A DNA stretch of 64,000 bases, taken from Eledone cirrhosa (lineage: Eukaryota). Location of the stretch: contig OZ024741.1 of NCBI GenBank assembly GCA_964016885.1, forward strand, positions 17,732,001 to 17,796,000, given 5' to 3'. The notes under the pieces are model-generated. The model was not told the origin of the DNA. It made no database searches and was given only the letters and a program-made list of their open reading frames with translations. Shown piece by piece: positions 1-12,123 of this stretch; positions within the stretch are counted from its first letter, which is position 1; each line of letters opens with the position of its first letter. Made by a program: the position numbers and the translations under genes.

Positions 1-443
1 TCAAGTACATGTAGTCCGTCTGTATCGATCTAGAAAATATTAAATATTAAATCTATACTCACAGACGTAAAATGGCAACTGCCTGGTGCCTAGACATGTT
101 TAAATTTCAAAATTCAAACCTTTTCAGCAGATCGGTCGGAACTTCAAAACATAAACCTGTTTCACAAGGGATGGTATACTAATGAAATAATTAATTAATT
201 ACGGAACAACTATTTATAAAATAATTATTAGTGAAGTAATCAATTTTCTGTGATTTTCAATAGGCACCCAGATAAATTATAATTACTTCTCCTAAGATGA
301 GAATCTTAAGACTGATCTGTCGCAAGCCTAATACATGTGCTTTTGCACACGACCTTCTCAGCATTCTGGCTCATATCCATGGCGCTAGAAATAACAGCCG
401 TAAATATGGGATTATGAATTCAGCTCTACCGAAGGAGCAGATT

Positions 444-682
<239 letters not shown>

Positions 683-683
683 G

Positions 684-720
<37 letters not shown>

Positions 721-890
721 CGTTTCTGAATTTGTTTAGCAAGATTCTTTATCTGAAATCGTGTGTTGAAACGATGTGTGTTCTTATACTTTGGGAGGGT
801 CATGTTGCCAATAAGAAACATACGCACCAGTGAAAGCAACTGGTGCGTGTGTTTCTTATTGGCAAAATGACCCTCCCAAAGTATAACAAT
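721..890 (-). mobile_element. Short fold-back derivative of the Penelope-like pLTR and tail (same family as 53653-55448)
   Basis: Inverted arms at about 784-830 and 840-886 match the PLE terminus 55338-55390. 721-772 is the reverse complement of 55395-55445. Flanked by (TA)n. Confidence 0.85.
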
Positions 891-906
891 ATATATATAT
901 ATATAA

Positions 907-1451
907 ATATAAGTATGTATACGTACATACATATATGTATACAGACGTACAGTAATATGTATATATATATACATAAATGCACCCATATATATATGTACGT
1001 ATGGATTCACCGAACATTTATTATAAAGCTCGGTGTGTTTGCAAACAAACATACCGAATTAAGCCGTACAGTGTCTAGCAACCATCGTTGCTCATTTGTT
1101 CAACACTGACAAAGACACTGACAATCATCTGGCAGGAAGGTATACGTTGCTGACGATAATTAATAAGCTTGAAACTAGTACAGCATTCCTTTGTCAGTGT
1201 TGAACAAATGAGCAACGATGGTTGCTAGACACTGTACGGCTTAATTCGGGATGTTTGTTTACAAACACACCGAACATTATAATAAATGTTCGGTGAATCC
1301 ATACGTACATATATATGTGCGCATGTATGTATATATATATACATACTACTGTACGTCTGTATACATATATGTATGTATGTGTACATACTTATATTTAAGT
1401 AACAGCCGTACTAAGAGTGGGAAATGAAATTTCGTTTCATTTTTTCCGTTT
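907..1451 (+). mobile_element. Non-coding fold-back element, family A, with a hammerhead in the spacer
   Basis: Inverted arms at about 907-1114 and 1189-1394, then a unique 57-nt tail. (TA)n on both sides. Second copy at 1912-2691. Confidence 0.85.
1146..1184 (+). ncRNA. Minimal type I hammerhead ribozyme (family A)
   Basis: GUUG CUGACGA UAAUU-AAUA-AGCUU GAA ACUAGU A^CAGC. Stem I GUUG/CAGC, self-complementary stem III, stem II partly decayed. Confidence 0.7.
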
Positions 1452-1477
1452 AAATATATATATATATATATTATATC

Positions 1478-1560
<83 letters not shown>

Positions 1561-1565
<5 letters not shown>

Positions 1566-1902
1566 TATTGAGTATATGTTGGTTGTGTACCACAGCTTAG
1601 TATGCAGATTGCAGCACTCGACGGAGTGCGCAGGTTGGTTTGGTTACTCCGCAGTAATGTAAAACAAAATAAAATAAATAAGTCAAATGTTTAAAATTTC
1701 ACTTCGTTTATTACTGCTATATATATTTCGGTGACAGCCATCTTTGGCTGTGACCTCTTCAGGCAGTCCGAATTAGTGTGGTAGAGACGAGTACAGATGT
1801 TGTTGAGGTGTAGCCAAAGATGGCTGTCACCGAAATATATATAGCAGTAATAAACGAAGCCAAATTTTAAACATTTGACTTATTTATTTTATTTTATTTT
1901 AT
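1561..1902 (-). mobile_element. Fold-back element, family B
   Basis: Inverted arms at about 1666-1749 and 1812-1900. Homologous to 61939-62480. Between (TA)n tracts. Confidence 0.85.
1714..1766 (-). ncRNA. Type I hammerhead ribozyme (family B)
   Basis: Minus strand CUGC CUGAAGA GGUCACAGCCA-AAGA-UGGCUGUCACC GAA AUAUAUAU A^GCAG. Stems I and II pair. Confidence 0.85.
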
Positions 1903-1911
1903 ATATATATA

Positions 1912-2687
1912 TATATAAGTATGTACACGTACATACATATATGTATACAGACGTACAGTAGTATGTATATATATATATGCATACATGCACACATATATAT
2001 ATGTACGTATGGATTCACCGAACATTTATTATAATGATCGGTGTGTTTGTAAACAAACGTCCCGTATTAAGCCGTAGTGTCTAGCAACCATCGTTGCAAC
2101 CAACGAGCAACGATGGTTGCTAGACACTACGGGATGTTTGTTTACAAACACACCGAGCGTTATAATAAATGTTCGGTGAATCCATACGTACATATATATA
2201 TGTGTGCATGTATGTATATATATATATATACATACTACTGTACGTCTGTATACATATATATATGTACGTGTACATACTTATATATAAGTAACAGCCGTTC
2301 TAAGAGTGGGAAAAAAATTTCGTTTCATTTTTTCCGTTTATCGTTTTCGGGGCACCCGGCCGATTAACCCACGCGATATGCAAATTGGGCTACTCAGCCC
2401 TTAATATGCATAAGGTAAGTATATACGTTCAACAATCTGGCAGGAAGGTATACTTTGCTGACGATAGCTAATAAGCTTGAAACTAGTACAGCGTCCCTTT
2501 GTCAGTGTTGAACAAACGAGCAACGATGGTAAATCCATACGTACATATATATATGTGTGCATGTATGTATATATATATATACATACTACTGTACGTCTGT
2601 ATACATATAGGTATGTACGTGTACATACTTATATTTAAGTAACAGCCGTACTAAGAGTGGGAAATAAAATTTCGTTTCATTTTTTCC

Positions 2688-2691
<4 letters not shown>
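1912..2691 (+). mobile_element. Family A element: inverted arm plus partial tandem duplication
   Basis: Inverted arms at about 1912-2097 and 2106-2285. The unit end ccgttt occurs at 2339 and again at 2691. The internal segment carries AAG|GTAAGT and a hammerhead. Confidence 0.85.
2454..2492 (+). ncRNA. Minimal type I hammerhead ribozyme (family A)
   Basis: UUG CUGACGA U AGCU-AAUA-AGCU U GAA ACUAGU A^CAG. Confidence 0.8.
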
Positions 2692-2759
<68 letters not shown>

Positions 2760-2812
2760 TGTGTTTTACTATGAATTAACAGTTTTGTGTTTAATTTCAT
2801 TGTTTTAATATT

Positions 2813-2846
<34 letters not shown>

Positions 2847-2849
<3 letters not shown>

Positions 2850-2908
2850 GAACAAGTATGACCCCGACAGCAGAGCTCAAGCCGTTTCGACGGATAATTC
2901 TGGACGCA
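2847..2908 (-). mobile_element. Fragment with the 3' half of a hammerhead (family K; also 5493-5575 and 56568-56640)
   Basis: Minus strand GAA ACGGC-UUGAGCUCU-GCUGU C^GGGG. The CUGANGA half is absent. Confidence 0.6.
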
Positions 2909-2943
2909 TATATACATATATATTATATATATGTATATATGTA

Positions 2944-3019
<76 letters not shown>

Positions 3020-3335
3020 GAATTTATATCTAGTAACATAAATGTTACTAGATATAAATTCTTTATAATTATCTCCAAATCATTTGTCGAGCAATATTGG
3101 CCATGACTGCTGCTATGGTAGTAGGCAGGCCGCTGTCTTATTAACAACTCGCTTTCCACTGATTGACCTCGATGTCACGTGATTGATTCTTTTTGAATTT
3201 TCCACAGACGTAGAGGCAGTGATTTTCTTAATGGCTAGGATTTCAGTCCACGCTTCGCTATTTCCTTTCCACTGAATTATTTTTTAAATAAGTTTCCAGG
3301 GTCCTCGCTATGCCTGGAAACTTACACGAAAATAG

Positions 3336-3417
3336 ACTTTCCTGACGACGGAATGCTTTTCAATATCTTCTTCGGAAAATATATTTACTCCATTCCAGAA
3401 ACTAATTAGTTGGAAGT
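3336..3417 (+). ncRNA. Type I hammerhead with large loop II (family C), inside element ~3017-3468
   Basis: ACUUUC CUGACGA C GGAAUG-(35 nt)-CAUUCC A GAA ACUA-AU-UAGU U^GGAAGU. Homologue at 31621-31700. Confidence 0.85.
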
Positions 3418-3462
3418 GATATTTTAGTAAGTAAGTTAATTTTATAATTTTCTTATTTTACG

Positions 3463-3584
<122 letters not shown>

Positions 3585-3596
3585 ATATATATATAT

Positions 3597-3953
3597 GTGG
3601 CTTCCTTGTTCAATCATCTTACCAGAAGCCTGACTTTATTTATGTATGTTTGTATTATTCTCCAGACTCTAGCTATTGACCAGTTAATTTTCTTGATTTT
3701 TAGTTGATTCTATTGACTGATGAATAGCTTATTATTTATCTGTTGAGAACTCTATTCGATTTGTGATGTTTTTGCATTCTTGCAAAAATATACACAACTG
3801 AATTGATTCGGCTGATATAGGGGTTGCCTCCCATGCTGATCCCCACGTGGGGTCAGCAATAGTCAGTCCTTGTATTAACATTGAACTAAAACCTGTTGAG
3901 AAAGTGGCTTCCTTGTTCAATCATCTTACCAGAAGCCTGACATTATTTATGTA
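3597..3953. repeat. ~50-bp direct repeat with ~307-bp period next to (TA)n (partial-tandem element)
   Basis: gtggcttccttgttcaatcatcttaccagaagcctgac at ~3597 and ~3904. Confidence 0.7.
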
Positions 3954-4210
3954 GGTGGACGGTACTTGATTTAGGAGCCGCAGAAACCCATATACTAGAT
4001 TTTACCAACCTTCCAGGGGTCCGGGAAAATTTTCAATACCCGAATTACATGATCGTTCTTTTGGCTATACGAATGATTGTTTAACCATCGTCTCAGTGTG
4101 TTTGGCCTTTAACGTTTGTTATAGCTCTGGTTCATCTGAATTATTGAGCACTTGCCACACATCTCGGAGGTTGTTTTTCGTTATTTCGTGGGCCGAAATG
4201 CGAATCTCGA

Positions 4211-4635
4211 AAGAGTCAATGGCCATCCAAAATCACCGGGAGAGATGACCCCTTAGCCTTTGTCAAGGCAGAATACTAGGAGAAGGAAAACTCTGATATA
4301 ACACCTGCAACCCTGATGGTATCCAATGATGTTGACTTGTTCTTCTTTTTGGTAAATATCATCTTGGTTAAGAGAGTGGGACTGGCTTTGTGCAGTGCCT
4401 TTGCTCACTATAAAAGCTTCACGGCACAGGCATTGCTTTATATCTGGAGATCTCTCTGCACTTGTCGTCACATGGTACCATGGGCCCAGCACTATGTGTC
4501 AGTAATTGTACCAGAGTTTTCAAGTCGCTGGCTGGACTAAAAAGTCACACTTGTTCAGCGCATCGGTAGGGGTTCTCTTACATGGATATAATGAATATAA
4601 AGTAGTGGCCGTACTCGAAAACGAGTTAGCTGCCA

Positions 4636-4637
<2 letters not shown>
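4211..4637 (+). mobile_element. 5'-truncated copy of the ~580-bp non-coding (TATG)n-associated retroposon
   Basis: Near-identical to 21565-22157, 27818-28420 and 50559-51132. Confidence 0.85.
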
Positions 4638-4695
<58 letters not shown>

Positions 4696-5028
4696 ATATG
4701 TATATATGTGTGTGTCAGTGGGTACATACATGTCTGTATGTGTGTATGAATGGTCCAGTGACACATGAAGTAAAAAAAATCCTGACATTTTTTGTTCGAT
4801 AAACTTCAGAAAACAACAAGGTGCTGATATGTAACAATAACATGTCGAGAAGTCACGTGTGATGACATGTGATGACAGGTGTGACGTCAGAGAAATGTCT
4901 GACAGGTAGGAAATACAACTAACAACTGTAACAATAACAGCAATAGAGATAACAAGGAAGTCAGCAACTACAACAGAAACAAATCAATAAGAACATTGTT
5001 AGATTTTATATATATATATATATATATA

Positions 5029-5067
<39 letters not shown>

Positions 5068-5079
5068 ATACACACATAC

Positions 5080-5113
<34 letters not shown>

Positions 5114-5117
5114 ACAT

Positions 5118-5238
<121 letters not shown>

Positions 5239-5249
5239 TATATATATAC

Positions 5250-5289
<40 letters not shown>

Positions 5290-5375
5290 CTCTACATACA
5301 CACACATGTATACTTACCCTTTACCCTTACACACACACAAACACACATATACATACACACACACACACACATATG

Positions 5376-5452
<77 letters not shown>

Positions 5453-5492
5453 ATATATATATATATAGAGAGAGAGATAATAAGAAAATGAA

Positions 5493-5575
5493 TGACCCCG
5501 ACGGCAGAGCTCAAGCCGTTTCGACGGCTTTTTCGAAATAGCCGTCAAAAGAGCTTGAGCTCTGCCATCGGCGCC
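5493..5575. mobile_element. Fold-back of the family K hammerhead 3' half
   Basis: ccgacggcagagctcaagc...gacggct / agccgtc...gcttgagctctgccatcgg inverted arms. Confidence 0.7.
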
Positions 5576-5733
5576 ATATATTTTCCTATTATCCACTCTA
5601 CTAACCTAAGAATTGAGTACTCTGGTGCGTTATGGTCCATCTGGTTCCTTACCACAACTCCCTCGTTATATATATATATAGAGAGAGAGGTAGAACATTG
5701 GAAGGTAATATCCGTAGTGGTAGAGCACAGTCC

Positions 5734-5795
<62 letters not shown>

Positions 5796-6130
5796 ATATA
5801 TATATATATATTATGGCTGCCCCCTCATTATCGAGTATGGCCATTGTACGAGAAGAAAAAAAAAAAAAAAAAATAATAGTAATAATAAATAAATAAATAA
5901 AAAAAAGAAATATATATATATATATACATATACATACACATATACACACACACACACTCACACACACATACACACACACATACACACACACATACATTAA
6001 TAACAATAATAATAATAATAATAATAACAACAATAATAATAACGACAACAACAATAATAATATACATATACATATATATATACACACACACGCACACACA
6101 TAAGCATATCTATACACACACACACACACG

Positions 6131-9100
6131 ATAGCAACTAACAGCGCTGCGATCGAATGTGGCTTTTTAGCCCAGCCAATGATCTAAAATGTCTTGCACA
6201 GAGTCGGCAACCAAAACATTCATTGGGAATAGTCGGCTGTGGTTGGAGTTCGTGTACTTTTGCATGTCGCTTGAGCCCTCCTGCTGATTTACATTCTCTA
6301 CCACATGTTTGGCAAGCATGATGAGTAGCATCTCCAACAGCAGCCTGGTAGTCAACCACTGGTCTTACTTTATGACTGCGAAGATGACTTTCGAGTCCAG
6401 CTTTGCTTAGGCAGAGTCTCGCACAGACGCTGCATGTCAGCACCATAGGAGGACCCTCGCCGTCTGGAAGTGCAACAGCAATGCCCTTCCTCACATCCTG
6501 CTTTACTTTCTCGTATGCGATTCGAGATGCCTCAAAGGCAACTTTTCCCTCATATACAGTCTTTCTCCATTTATTACGATCAGCAGCAATATTCTCCCAT
6601 GTATCAGCAGAGATGTTAGCGTCTTTCAGAGAGGCTTTCAAAGAATCCTTATACCTCTTTTTTGGTTTATGTGGCGGTCGTTTTCCTTTAACCAACTCTC
6701 CATAAAAGAGTTGTTTTGGTATTCTAGAATCCTTCATCCTGGCAAGGTGACCACTCCAACGGAGTCGTTGCTTAAGCACAAGAGCTTCTATACTGTCACA
6801 CATAGAGCTTTCCAAAATCTCGAGATCACTGATGTGGTCCCTCCAGTGAACTCCATGGATCCGTCTGAGACACATCTGATGGAAACGCTCCAATTGCTTA
6901 AGGTGGTGTCGATATGTGCCCCATAAAGAAGACAAGAGAGCACACATGCCCTGTACACCTTTACCTTTGTCCTCCTGCATATGTCTCACCGACCCCAGAG
7001 TCGACTTTCTAGCTTTCCGAAAGCATCACTTGCTTTACTAATCCTAAGTGAGATTTCACTGTCAAGGCTGCTGTATCGATTGACAGTGCTTCCCAGGTAG
7101 ACAAACTGATCAACCACTCCAAGTCGTTTGCCATACACATAGATGTTTAGTTCAGTGTACTGCTTACCAGGGGCAGGTTGGTACATGACGGTTTTCTTGA
7201 GACTGACAGTCAGACCTAGGGCAGTGCAAGCGTCAGAAAATGCATTCAAAATGTGCTGCATATCACTCTCTGTGTGCGCTACAAGATCGCAATCATCTGC
7301 ATACAAGAGGTCTCTTATGATTGATATAAATACTTTTGTCTTCGCAGCAAAGCGCCTGATGTTAAATATGCTGCCTGAGGTTCGATATCGGATGTAAACA
7401 CCATGCTCGCAATTCCTGAATGCAATACAGAAAACCATTGCAAAGTATATGGCAAACAGGGTCGGTGCTGGAATCTCCCCCTGTTTCACTCCATTTTTTA
7501 CTGAGATAGGCTCCGACATGTTACCCCCGACATTAACCCAATACTTCATGTTGTCATGGATAGACCTAACTAAAGCAAGGAACTTATCAGGGCAACCAAG
7601 TTTCTGGAGAACCTTCCATAATGCATCTCTGTTAACAGTATCGAAAGCTTTTGTCAGATCGACAAAAACCTGATACAGATCCAAGCCTTGTTCCATGCAC
7701 TTCTCCTGGAGCTGTCTATCTGAGAAGATCATATCAGTAGTGCCGCGTCCAGCACGAAAACCAGATTGACTTTCAGGAAGAACACAATCTGCAATGTGTG
7801 TCAGCAGACGGTCCAGAAGCACCCTACATAAAACTTTCCCTACGGCAATGATATATCTTTGTAGTTCCCACAATCATTCCTGTTACCCTTTCCCTTGTAC
7901 AAGACCACCATTACTACATCTCTCCAGTCCTCAGGTACGGATTCATTAGCCCATATCCTGCCAAACAAAGAGTGAAGATGTTGCAGGAGTCTCTCACCAC
8001 CATACTGTAGAAGCTCAGCATGTATGCCATCCATACCTGAAGATCTTCCACTGTTCAGCTTCGAAATAGCCACTGCAACCTCCACAAGCGTCGGAGGTTC
8101 TGCGAGAGCTACTTTCACAGGACTTTCTGGAATGAGATTGAGGAAATATTCACTGACGACAGACGGCTGATTCAAAAGATCACCAAAGTGCTCTCGCCAC
8201 CTTCGTAGAATTCCTTGTAAGTCACGAACAAGTTCTTTGCCATCCTTGCTGCGAAGCGGTGTCACCAGAGAAGAAGACGGTCCATAAACCTCACGCAAGA
8301 GACTGTACAACAGCTTTGTGTTATTGGAATCAGACGCAGTTTGTATCTCACCAGCCTTCTCACTCCACCACTGATCCTTCATCTGAGAAAGACTCCGCCT
8401 AACACGTGATTTTACATCCCTGAGTTCCTCATGCAACGTATTCCTCTCCTGTGGTTTTGCCGTCAAGTAGCGTGACAGAGCATGCCTCTTATCAGCCAAC
8501 AAGTCTTCTATATGTACATCATTCTCATCAAACCAGTCCTGATGTTTCCTCTGCGCCAATCCCAGAACACGCCTGCCTACATCATAAACCGACTTTTTAA
8601 GGGTCGGCCAATCCTCACCAAGATCTGCAGCCTGCATCTCTTCTTCCAATGTCCTCTTCACATTTTTATCCTTAAGACGAGCAGCATTCAATCTTTTGGG
8701 CAGGGCAACACCAGGAGCCCTGATTTTACGTTTAGTGATTAGTTTCACTTTTGCGCGTACCAGGCGATGGTCCGTCCAGCACTCAGCTCCACGAAGAACA
8801 CGAACACACTGCACATCCTGTCTGTCACGAATCCTGACTATGACGTAGTCCAAAAGATGCCATTCCTTAGATGCAGGATGCATCCATGTGGTCGTGAATT
8901 TGTTCTTTTGTTGGAACATGGTGTTGGTAACACACAGATCCAGCTCCTCACACATCTGCAGCAGGAGCATACCATTGCTGTTACACTTTCCCACCCCATG
9001 CCTTCCGATTACATTCCATGTGTTAAAATCCCTACCCACTCTAGCATTAAAGTCACCAAGCACGATGACTTTGTCTGCCTGAGGGATATTTCTTAAAACA

Positions 9101-9666
9101 CCTTTCAAGGCATGGTAAAAGGACACCTTTTCCTCATCGACAGAACTCATAGTTGGAGCATACACACTCACCAGGGTAGCATATCTTCCCTTGTCCAGCG
9201 GAACTCTCATGGACATAAGACGCTCACTAATCCCTACTGGGAATTCTTCTAATTTGTTCACAAGCACAGTCTTAACAGCAAATCCTACCCCAGCCTCTCT
9301 TCTGGTTCCTTCATCTCTTCCTTTCCAGAAGAATGTATATTCTCCACAAAATTCCGTAAGATAACCATCTCCAGCTAGCCTCGTCTCAGACAAAGCCACG
9401 ATGACAAGATCGTAACGTCGAAGCTCCTTTGCAACAAGAGCGGTCCTTCGTTCAGGACGCCCCAAGGAATCCCTGTCAAGCAGCGTCCGTACGTTCCAGC
9501 AGCCAAGACTAAATGCCTTGTTTGGCTCTATTACAATGGCACGATGACGAGCGGGCCCAGGCTGTGATAACCTGGGGGCCCTGCCCTTATTGCCAATGAT
9601 CTTTTTTGTTCCAGAACCTAAATTACCAATTATCTCTTTTATATTGTTCTGGAACATCATTGAATT
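6131..9666 (-). mobile_element. RTE-clade LINE, frameshifted: APE endonuclease, RT and three C-terminal C2H2-like fingers
   Basis: ORF 7840-9660 has WNVRTL, LSETR, GDFNA and TDH. ORF 6986-7873 has [19 protein letters not shown] and YADD. ORF 6138-6989 has RLRWSGH, RIPKQLFYGEL and zinc fingers. The 3' end runs into (GT)n. Confidence 0.95.
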
Positions 9667-9688
9667 AAAAAAAAAAAAAAAAAAAGTA

Positions 9689-9694
9689 TTAATA

Positions 9695-9741
<47 letters not shown>
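9689..9741. repeat. (TAA)n microsatellite, left part of an interrupted tail
   Basis: Direct sequence. Counterpart at 18021-18084. Confidence 0.9.
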
Positions 9742-9742
<1 letters not shown>

Positions 9743-9750
9743 TTTTTTTA

Positions 9751-12123
9751 TTCTGGAGAGGAATATGGGAGCAGGATGTTAGACACAATGCCCAGGCAGG
9801 GTGGATTGAGACAGTACAGAGGGAGATCGGTGAGCAGGCACAATAACAAACTGATTTGAGTATCACAGTTGAATCTCTTAAGGGGCAGGCCAAAAAACTA
9901 ACCAACTGGAAATCACCAGGCCCAGATGGTGTGCAGGGGTATTGGATTAAACATTTAACATCCCTCCACCCGAAGCTGACGGCCATGTTCAATGACTGCT
10001 TGGTGTCAGGTGAGGTGCCAGAGTGGTTGACAAAAGGTACCCCAGTTCTGATAATGAAAGACCGAATCAAGGGTAATGATGTTACCAACTATAGACCTAT
10101 CACATGTCTGTCCGTAATGTGGAAACTGTTGACGAGCATTGTGTCTGAGGAAATCTACCATCACCTCCACACAAACAACTTGTTGCCGGACGAACAGAAA
10201 GGATGCCGAAAGAAGTCACGTGGTACAAAGGACCAGCTACTTATTGATAAGATGGTAATGGGGAATTGCAGGAGGAGACACACTGATCTTGCCATGGGAT
10301 GGATAGACTACAGAAAGGCATTTGACATGGTGCCTCATTCCTGGATCACCAAAAGCCTGGAGATCTTCAGGGTGGCAGATAACATCAGACATGTATGGGG
10401 TCCTGGGAGACAGAGTTGACATCAACTGGAGTATCCTTGGGAAGCGTGAAGATCAAGAGAGGTATCTTCCAGGGAGATAGCCTGTCCCCTCTGTTGTTTG
10501 TCCTTGCCCTGATGCCCTTGACCATTATGCTGCGAAAAGTGAGAGCAGGATACAAGTTGGGAAGGGGAGAGCTTACCATCAATCACCTCCTCTTCATGGA
10601 CGATCTTAAGCTCTTCGGGAAAAGTGAGAAGGAGTTGGATGTGCTTGTTGACACTGTCCGTATTTTCAGCAGTGATATATGTATGCAGTTTGGTATTGGT
10701 AAATGTGGAGTCATTGTGATGAAGAAGGGTAGGTTGAGCAGAAGTAACGGGATCCAGATACCAACAGGTGAGATGATAAAGAAAATTGACTCTGAGGAAG
10801 GATACAAGTATTTGGGCGTTCTGGAGGCTGATGGCATAAAGAACAAAAAATGAAGGAATTGTTAAGAACTGAATACATTCGAAGAGTAAGGAGCGTATTG
10901 AAGTCACATCTGAACAGCAGAAATGCCATAAACGCAGTAAATTCCCGAGCTGTGTCTATTATTAGGTACAGTGCGGGAATTCTGAGATGGAATGTTGCTG
11001 AACAAAAAGAAATGGATAGGAAGACTAGGAAGCTATTGACTATCTACAACATGTTCCACAAGAGGAGTGATGTCGATAGACTCTACCTAAGGAGATCTGA
11101 GGGTGGAAGAGGTCTTATCAGCATAGAGGACTGTGTTCAGATGGAGAAAAACAACCTATACAAATACGTGACCTATAGTAAGGAGCCAATGCTCAGAACT
11201 GTACTGAAGGAGGGGACAGTAGGCCAGGGGATGTCCAAGGAGGAAATAACATCAAGGAGGAAGAGCAGCCTTAAGGGAAAATCTCTTCATAGTACCTTCT
11301 TTGAGAAAACTGAATTTAGAGATCCACAGACATGGAACTGGTTGAGAAGAGGAGACCTCAAAAAGGCTACAGAAGGAATGCTAATGGCTGCGCAGGAGCA
11401 GGCCCTCAAAGCGAAGTGGTTGAAGCACCATATCTACAAGGAGGAGGCTAGCCCACTGTGCAGGATCTGTGGAGAGAGAGAGGAGACTGTGGCTCACATT
11501 GTGTCCGAGTGTAAACACCTAGCCCAGACCCACTATAAGGGCTGGAGACACGATGTGATGGGCAGGGTGATCCACTGGCACCTGTGCAAAGTAAACAATT
11601 TACCACATTCTGAGAAATGGTATGAACATAGGCCAGAGGCGGTGATGGAGAACAATCAGGTGAAGGTGCTGTGGGATTTTAGTATACAGACGGACAAAAA
11701 ACTGGAACACAATAGACCTGACCTGGTGGTTGTGGACAAAGAAAAAAGAACGTGTCTGATTGTGGATGTGGCCTGCCCGTTCGACACGAGAGTGCAAGAG
11801 AAGGAGAGGGAGAAAATTAACCGATACCAGGACCTAAAGTGGGAGGTGAAAAGGATTTGGAACTGCCATGAAGTCAAAGTGATCCCGATTGTCATAGGCG
11901 CACTGGGGACTATCTCCAAAAGTTTCCAGGGATGGTTAAAGAAAATCGGCCCCTGCATGCTTTTTGGAACGCTTCAAAAGGCATGCTTGCTTGGAACAGC
12001 AAGAACCCTCCGATACGTCCTGAATATCTGAGGCTGCAGGTAGTGGCTTGATATTCAATCCAACGGACTTTCCAGTTAACCAACATCAATGACTGAGATT
12101 CAAGGAATAACAACAACAATAAT
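9751..12123 (+). mobile_element. R4/Dong-clade LINE copy 1, 5'-truncated and frameshifted (RT, CCHC, REL endonuclease)
   Basis: ORFs 9856-10419, 10395-10853 and 10850-12031 contain KSPGPDG, IDYRKAFD, FQGDSLSP, LFMDD, CRIC..H..EC, RHD and PD..D. (AAY)n tail. Confidence 0.93.

Noticed and set aside
4253-4540. Recurrent short ORFs (MVSNDVDLFF.., MTTSAERSP..) at four loci
   Set aside because: They recur because the repeat is young. No domain is evident and lengths vary between copies
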